Shown here: positions 53,201 to 64,000 of the stretch, one piece after another
Layout: every line of letters starts with the position of its first letter
Numbering within the stretch: position 1 is the stretch's first letter
Assembly (NCBI RefSeq): GCF_009914755.1
Contig: NC_060934.1
DNA length: 64,000 nucleotides
Strand: one strand, 5' to 3'
Source: the human T2T-CHM13v2.0 reference genome, Homo sapiens
Notes under the pieces: generated by a model
What the model was told of the DNA's origin: nothing
Database searches by the model: none
Seen by the model: only the letters and a program-made list of their open reading frames with translations
Translations under genes and position numbers: made by a program

Positions 53201-55555
53201 TAGAAGGATTTTATTTAGCTGATTTGTATAAAATGTTGCTTCCAGATTTTCTGCAAGAGTTCCCTATGATATTTAGTTTCCTTTGATTCATTTCAGAATA
53301 ATCAAGTTTTCTGCAAGTTTGCAAGTTTAATGATATGCCTTTCGGTCAGTCTAGCAAATGCCCAGATACTTTGTTTGTGTGTTTTGTTTTGGTGACTGAA
53401 AACTGAGTTAGTTGTGAGTCTTTGATTTTATGGCTCTCTTCTGTCCTAACGATCCTGTTTTTATTCTTTTTTTGTGCTGTGCCCTTTACCACCCAATTGC
53501 CAAAGTTACTTTTTTTTTTTTTGGCTTATTTTTCTCCCCCAGAAGCTATAGGTTTACAAGACTGCCTCTTAAATTGTCCCTGTCCTTTTAAATCAAATGT
53601 ACCTCTTTACGTAGAGTGGGTCTCCTAAAAATCTCACTTGGCTCTTTCCATGGAGTCTGCCTGTTTAAATATAGCACCTCAGGCCCTTTATTTGATGTTT
53701 ACTTTGAATCACAAATACTTTTAAATCCTTTCTGTGTAGTAGTGTTCTGATCTGCCATGTTACTTTTTTGGTACGTTTAGAGTTAAGGAGGATAAAATTT
53801 TTCCTGGTGGTTGCTTCAACTCACCCTCCAGCCCCTTTACTAGCTCATTCCTTTGTCTTCCCTCCGGCTTGCCTAGGACTGCCTTTGCATTCTGCAGAAT
53901 CTTGCCTATGGTGGCAGCAGGGAGAGAGGGCGTAGGACCCTGGCTCAGGGATTTGGTGAATTTACCCTTCATACTTAGTTATTTTGTGGTTTTCACTTTC
54001 TCCATCTTCAAGCAGTACTGTTACTGTGGGTTTTCCTGGAAGTTTCCCAGGTATAAATGATATTCTGTATAGTTTGAAGAGGAAGTTTGGAAAGGATGTT
54101 TTCTAAACTACCACCATTGACTACAGCCATCCCAAAATTTCAGATTACAAGTTTTAAACAAAGATCTTTGGGATATGTCACAGATTTGGGAAAGTAGTTT
54201 GTGATGGTCCTCAGGCTACAATAAAACCATCTCTTCTCTCTGTCCCTCTTGTCCTCTTCTCCATGTGTTCTCAGCTCCCCTCTCTCTACCTATTAGCCAG
54301 CTTTTTCTACACGGCCAAAACCAGGACCACTTCCTGAGTATTACCACTATAATATCAATGTATTCATATCATCTCTTTGTTCCCTGGAGACTGGCCTAAC
54401 ACTCTTCATGTTTCTCAGTCCCTAAAGCATAGAGAAGAGATTCATTCATGCAACTTGTGTCAGTCACCCCATCCTTAAACAAAGGAAACTTCACCAGGGG
54501 AATGGGTTATATATAAATGTCATCTACTTGGAAATTGTATTTTATAAACCAGATAGTATCGGAGGGTATCATTTTAGAAAATACTTCATTGTTTTCGCCA
54601 TGAAATCAAGTATTAAAAGTCAGGCAAAATAATTAAATGGCCATTATAACCATATATATGAAGAAAAGCCTTGCATCAAATAAAAGGAGTGTACCTTCAT
54701 ATAAAACCACAAGAAGAAAAAATAACTTTGATCCTACAGTCTCATTCTCAGCTCCAATGTGAGTAGCCTTTCTCCTGCATTTTATTCTATTTCAATTCTC
54801 CTCACACTGCGATACTCGATGAATTTCTCCCCTGTTCCCAGAAGCTTTCACCAAGTACTATATACAGAGCTGTCAATCTCTTCCCCAAGAATGCATAATA
54901 ATGATTTGCACATTGCATTCCTTGATGATGGGATGCATTTATTGTCCATTACTTTTTTGTCATATAACTCATCTATTATAGATTATAAGCTCCCTAAAAA
55001 TCTAGTAAGAATTATTATCTATTACCATAGTTAAGAAACAAATATCCTTCCCATATATTCAACAATTTGTATCATGAACCTTGCGAAACTCTGGGTAATC
55101 CTATATTAGGGAACATATTTTAGAAAGGAGATGTTGTTTACATGGTATTATAAATATTGCTTATATGTATTATAAGTATTGCCTATATGAAGCACACTAA
55201 ATAGCCCCACAGCAAGCAGGATAGTTAAGTTCCACAGTAATAGACTCTTTGCCAAGATACAAAAGAGCTCCTAATCTCTGAATAATACCCTCAGGAATCA
55301 TCTCAAGCTAAGTGATCAAATTCAACGTTTGTCACATACAAGACGGCGTTTTGTCCACCCCAAAGTATTGTACTAATTATGAGCATGGAGTAGGGAGATC
55401 TATACCCCATTTCTTCTATTATCTATATAGGGCTCTTCTCAAAAGAGAAAGTTAAAAGAAGCATTCCTTATTTTCCAGGAAACAAAATGAAGTTTGTTTT
55501 CAACACAGATTTTTAATACTGAGGCTTGTCAAGTCATGCATTAAAAACAACTAGC

Positions 55556-55868
<313 letters not shown>

Positions 55869-56589
55869 TCACTAATTTTGACGAAAGTAATAACCAGCTT
55901 GAATGTGTAAAAACTCAGAATTATGAATAGTATTTTTAAAAGGTGAAATAACTTGAATCTGATTAATGCTCTAAAAAACAAACATTCCTTAGCAAACTAA
56001 TAGTGACGATTTGGCATTAGCCTATTTGTTGTTAGTATGTAAACAATGATCGCTGCATGGCTAAAAATAGCTCGTTCTTTGAAATAAGTTAAATTTTCCC
56101 TTTTTAGGAATATACACAGTATTGTTTATTGACCATTATCACATTTTCTTGAATATATGCAGTAAAGTTTAAGGTGACATTCTCATTTAATCATTGCATG
56201 CCTTCATGAGGTAAGTAAAACTACTTACTTTAATAGACCAAATGGTAAAAGGTTAAAGGTATTTTGTGACTACCCAAGGACAGGGGTATGCAGGGATTGG
56301 GGCTAGAAATTGATAAAATCAAGTTCTTTCTCATAATTAAGCTAAGCTTTGACAAAAATTTATGAAGCCTAAGTCAATGAAGTCTGAATAAATAAGGCTA
56401 TTTTAAAAGATATACAGATAGATTACAAAGACAAAAATCTTCTCTCTATGTTAATTCTTAAAGTTCTTAGGGACTTGCAATACGAAATGCTAGGAAGTAG
56501 GATGAAGGAGTCTATCTCCTTTCATTTTGACTGGCCTGGACTGCACTATAAAATTTACCAATTCTTTATTTGTTGCCTAATCTAACTTA

Positions 56590-57590
<1,001 letters not shown>

Positions 57591-58483
57591 CTAGGTTTCA
57601 AAGAACATCTTTATTTCTGCCTTCATTTTGTTATGTACCCAGTAGTCATTCAGGAGCACGTTGTTCAGTTTCCATGTAGTTGAGCGGTTTTGAGTGAGTT
57701 TCTTAGTCCTGAATTCTACTTTGATTGCACTGTGGTCTGAGAGATAGTTTGTTATAATTTCTGTTCTTTTACATTTGCTGAGGAGAGCTTTACTTCCAAG
57801 TGTGTGGTCAATTTTGGAATAGGTGTGGTGTGGTGCTGAAAAAAATGTATATTCTGTTGATTTGGGGTGGAGAGTTCTGTAGATGTCTATTAGGTATGTT
57901 TGGTGCAGAGCTGAGTTCAATTCCTAGGTATCCTTTTTAATTTCTGTCTCATTGATCTGTCTAATGTTGACAGTGGGGTGTTAAAGTCTCCCATTATTAT
58001 TGTGTGGGAGTCTAAGTCTCTTTGTAGGTCACTCAGGACTTGCTTTATGAATCTGGGTGCTCCTGTATTGGGTGCATATATATTTAGGATACTTAGCTCT
58101 TCTTGTTAAATTGATCCCTTTACCATTATGTAATGGCATTCTTTGTCTCTTTTGATCTTTGTTGGTTTAAAGTCTGTTTTATCAGAGACTAGGATTGCAA
58201 CACCTGCCTTTTCTTGTTTTCCATTTGCTTGGTAGATCTTCTTCCATCCTTTTATTTTGAGCCTACGTGTCTCTCTGCACGTGAGACGGGTTTCCTGAAT
58301 ACAGCACACTGATGGGTCTTGACTCTTTATCCAATTTGCCAGTCTGTGTCTTTCAATTGGAGCATTTTGTCCATTTACATTTAAAGTTAATATTGTTATG
58401 TGTGAATTTGATCCTGTCATTATGATGTTAGCTGGTTATTTTGCTTGTTAGTTGATGCAGTTTCTTCCTAGCCTCGATGGTCT

Positions 58484-59500
58484 TTGCAATTTGGCATGAT
58501 TTTGCAGCGGCTGGTACCGGTTGTTCCTTTCCATGTTTAGTGCTTCCTTCAGGAGCTCTTTTAGGGCAGGCCTGGTGGTGACAAAATCTCTCAGCATTTG
58601 CTTGTCTGTAAAGTATTTTATTTCTCCTTCACTTATGAAGCTTAGTTTGGCTGGATATGAAATTCTGGGTTGAAAATTCTTTTCTTTAAGAATGTTGAAT
58701 ATTGGCCCCCACTCTCTTCTGGCTTGTAGAGTTTCTGCCAAGAGATCAGCTGTTAGTCTGATGGGCTTCCCTTTGTGGGTAACCTGACCTTTCTCTCTGG
58801 CTGCCCTTAACATTTTTTCCTTCATTTCAACTTTGGTGAATCTGACAGTTATGTGTCTTGGATTTGCTCTTCTCGAGGAGTATCTTTGTGGCGTTCTCTG
58901 TATTTCCTGAATCTGAATGTTGGCCTGCCTTGCTAGACTGGGGAAGTTCTCCTGGATAATACCCTGCAGAGTGTTTTCCAACTTGGTTCCATTCTCCCCG
59001 TCACTTTCAGGTACACCAATCAGACGTAGATTTGGTCTTTTCACATAGTCCCATATTTCTTGGTGTCTTTGTTCGTTTCTTTTTATTCTTTTTTCTCTAA
59101 ACTTCCCTTCTTGCTTCATTTCATTCATTTCATCTTCCATCACTGATACCCTTTCTTCCAGTTGATTGCATCGACTCCTGAGGCTTCTGCATTCTTCACG
59201 TAGTTCTCGAGCCTTGGCTTTCAGCTCCATCAGCTCCTTTAAGCACTTCTCTGTATTGGTTATTCTAGTTATACATTCGTCTAAATATTTTTCAAAGTTT
59301 TTAACTTCTTTGCCTTTGGTTTGAATTTCCCCCTGTAGTTCGGAGTAGTTTGATCATCTGAAGCCTTCTTCTCTCAGCTCGTCAAAGTCATTCTCTGTCC
59401 AGCTTTGTTCCGTTGCTGGTGAGGACCTGCATTCCTTTGGAGGAGGAGAGGTGCTCTGCTTTTTAGAGTTTCCAGTTTTTCTGCTCTGTTTTTTCCCCAT
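58484..59500 (-). pseudogene. L1 ORF1p, full 338-codon span with a nonsense at codon 49 and a lost stop codon
   Basis: MGKKQSRKTG from 59500; TGA at 59356-59354; the rest is open (ORF track 59230-58448); terminal TAA changed to CAA. Confidence 0.92.
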
Positions 59501-59596
59501 CTTTGTGGTTTCATCTACTTTTGGTCTTTGATGTTGGTGATGTACAGATGGGTTTTTGGTGTGGATGTCCTTTCTGTTTGTTAGTATTCCTTCTAA

Positions 59597-61620
<2,024 letters not shown>

Positions 61621-63014
61621 ACAATGAGAACACATGGACACAGGAAGGGGAACATCACACTCTGGGGACTGTTGTGGGGTAGGGGGTGGGGGGAGGGATA
61701 GCATTAGGAGATATACCTAATGCTAAATCATGAGTTAATGGGTGCAGCACACCAGCATGGCACATGTATACATATGTGACTAACCTGCACATTGTGTACA
61801 TGTACCCTAAAACTTAAAGTATAATAATAATAAAATAAAATAAATTTAAAGAGGTATAATATATGTTAAAATAAATTAATGATATTTTCTTTTATGTCTA
61901 TCAAGAGCAGAAAATTGGAACAAAAAAGATCTTTTGAAGTTACACTGAGCATTCTCCCTCTTTGCCCCTCTGTCTGCACCACTCTTGTACAGGAATTAAT
62001 GTTTATGAAGGAAATTAGATTCACTCTTTGCATAAACCAATATATTTTGCTGGTGGCTATGCAAGTCCAATTAACTCCTCTGACAACATGGTAAGATTAG
62101 GATATTGGACTATGTTTGTAGCCAATTAGAAATGTCATGGTTGAATACTCATTCTTGTAACATTATTTGGAGTTAAGAAATCCTAGTACTGAAAGATATT
62201 TATGGACCTCGTATATGTTTAGGAATAAATTAAGGGCTTTTTTTGTAAGAATTGTAAATATGTAAGGCACAATGTAGTAGAAAGTAGAAAGACATCTCCT
62301 TATTATCATTACCAATATTATTACACATTCTAAAAATTAACATTATCATGGGAGAGAATATGGTTAAATAGACAGAATATTTGGTTGGAAAATTAATAGA
62401 CCCAAGTCCTAATTTTATTTCTGCTGCTTCATGACTCACAGTCTCTATAATTTTTAAAGAGGAAATAATCATTATAATATCATCAGGATCACATAAGGTA
62501 ATAAACATGATGTGCCTTGGAAAGTATAAATAATAAGGTATGAATTATAAAATAGAATTGGAATCACACGTTTCTTCTGAAATTAATTTAAATTATAGTA
62601 TAAGCAAATCATAATTTAAACATTAGAAATACACTCAGAAAGTATTTATGAAAAAAATTGAGAACCAAACCTTATTTGAATTGTGCTAAAGATAAATAAG
62701 TAGCCCACTCATAACCCTGGTATAAATATTTTATAAGTGAGAATGAAGTTTCCAATAAGACCATGGAACAGTTCAAAAGACCAAAAAGCATACTTAACTG
62801 AATGTATGGAAGAGTTATTAATTACCCGAAATTTGAAAACATTCATCAAACCACACATGGATCAAACTGAAAAAGGTAGTTTCAGGGGTTTTAAGGGGTT
62901 TTAAGCACAAGCGTCTGAATAATCATTGGCTGACTACTAGGCAATGGTAGTCAGCCCTGGGCAATATTAATCTAAGGAAACCTAAGGCAAAAGTTTCAAA
63001 AATAATAGCAACTA

Positions 63015-63363
63015 TATTTGTGGATTTTCACACAGCTATAAAGAAATACCCAAGACTGGGTGATTTATAAAGGAAAGAGGTTTAATTGACTCACAGTTCC
63101 ACATGGCTGGGGAGGCCTCAGGAAACTTACAATCATGGTGGAAGGGGAAAGAGTCACCTTCTTCACAAGGCAACAGGAAAGAGAAGTGTGAGTGCAGGAA
63201 AAGCTCCCATTTATGAAATCATCAGATCTCTCATGAGAACTCACTATCACAAGAATAGCATGGGGGAACCCACCCCCTTAATCCAATTACTTCCCTTCCT
63301 CAACATGTGGCAATTACCATTCAAGATGAGATTTGGGTGGGGACACAGAGCCAAACCATATCA
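63015..63363 (-). mobile_element. THE1/MST MaLR LTR
   Basis: 'gctataaagaaatacccaagactggg...gaggtttaattgactcacagttcc...ggggacacagagccaaaccatatca'. Confidence 0.9.
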
Positions 63364-63374
63364 TCAAGGAGGGC

Positions 63375-63935
63375 AGATATCTCTGACACATTGATTTCAT
63401 TTCCTTTGGATATATACTCAGTAGTGGAATTGCTGGATCATACAATAGTTCTATTTTCTATACTTTAGGAAACTTCCAGTCCAGGTGCGGTGGCTCACAC
63501 CCATATTCCCAGCACTTTGGAAGGCCAAGACAGGAGGATTGCTTGAGGCCAGAGGTTCGAGACCAGCCTGGGTAACAAAGTGAGCTACGTCTCCAAAAAA
63601 AGTGAAAAAAAAAAAATAGTCAAGTGTGGTCCCAGCTACCTATAATCCCAGCCACTCAGGAGGCTGGGGCAGGAGGACTGTTTGAGCCCAGGAGTTCAGA
63701 AGCCAAGTGAGCTATGATCATGCCACTGCACTCCAGCCTGGGAGACACACAAAGACACTGTCTCTAAAAATAACAACAACAAAAAAAATTCCATACTTTT
63801 CACCATAATGGCTGTACTAATTTGCATTACCACAAACAGTGTGTAAGCGTTCACTTTTTTCCACATCTTTTCCAACACTTGTTATCTTGTCATGTTGATA
63901 ACAGCCATTCTAACAGGACCGACATGATATCTCCT
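63375..63935 (-). mobile_element. L1M 3' ORF2 fragment split by an AluJ (63478-63788, + strand)
   Basis: 'ttcctttggatatatactcagtagtggaattgctggatcata...ggaaacttcca' resumes as 'ttccatacttttcaccataatggctgtactaatttgcatt'. Confidence 0.85.
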
Positions 63936-64000
63936 AGATAGTAATGAATTTGTTACTTAACTAGATTTAACTATTCCACAATGTATATATATCTCAAAGC

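Overview
Human genomic DNA: AT-rich, repeat-dense, and apparently intergenic or intronic. I could not identify any cellular protein-coding exon or RNA gene. A diagnostic L1HS-Ta element supports human origin. Main content: (1) a two-LTR HERV9/LTR12 provirus (4480-12975) with a GTTCC target-site duplication (TSD), a tRNA-Arg primer-binding site, broken gag/pro/pol, integrase and most of SU deleted, and an open env-TM frame. (2) A Tigger3 > MER52/LTR1-like LTR > Alu nest at 24.2-25.9 kb. (3) A multi-layer L1 stack at 42.5-53.2 kb containing a ~2 kb mRNA-3'UTR-like retrocopy, itself interrupted by a 5'-inverted L1HS-Ta that may be polymorphic. (4) A 5.2 kb L1PA3/4-type element with a 3 kb twin-priming inversion (56.6-61.9 kb). 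Alus, MaLR LTRs, MIR/L2 fragments and microsatellites fill much of the rest. I do not see a genuinely new biological system. The best leads are the young L1-Ta insertion, the chimeric antisense-L1/retrocopy block with a possible host deletion, and the asymmetry between the two LTR12 promoters. Family and subfamily calls come from recognising consensus motifs by eye, not from database searches.
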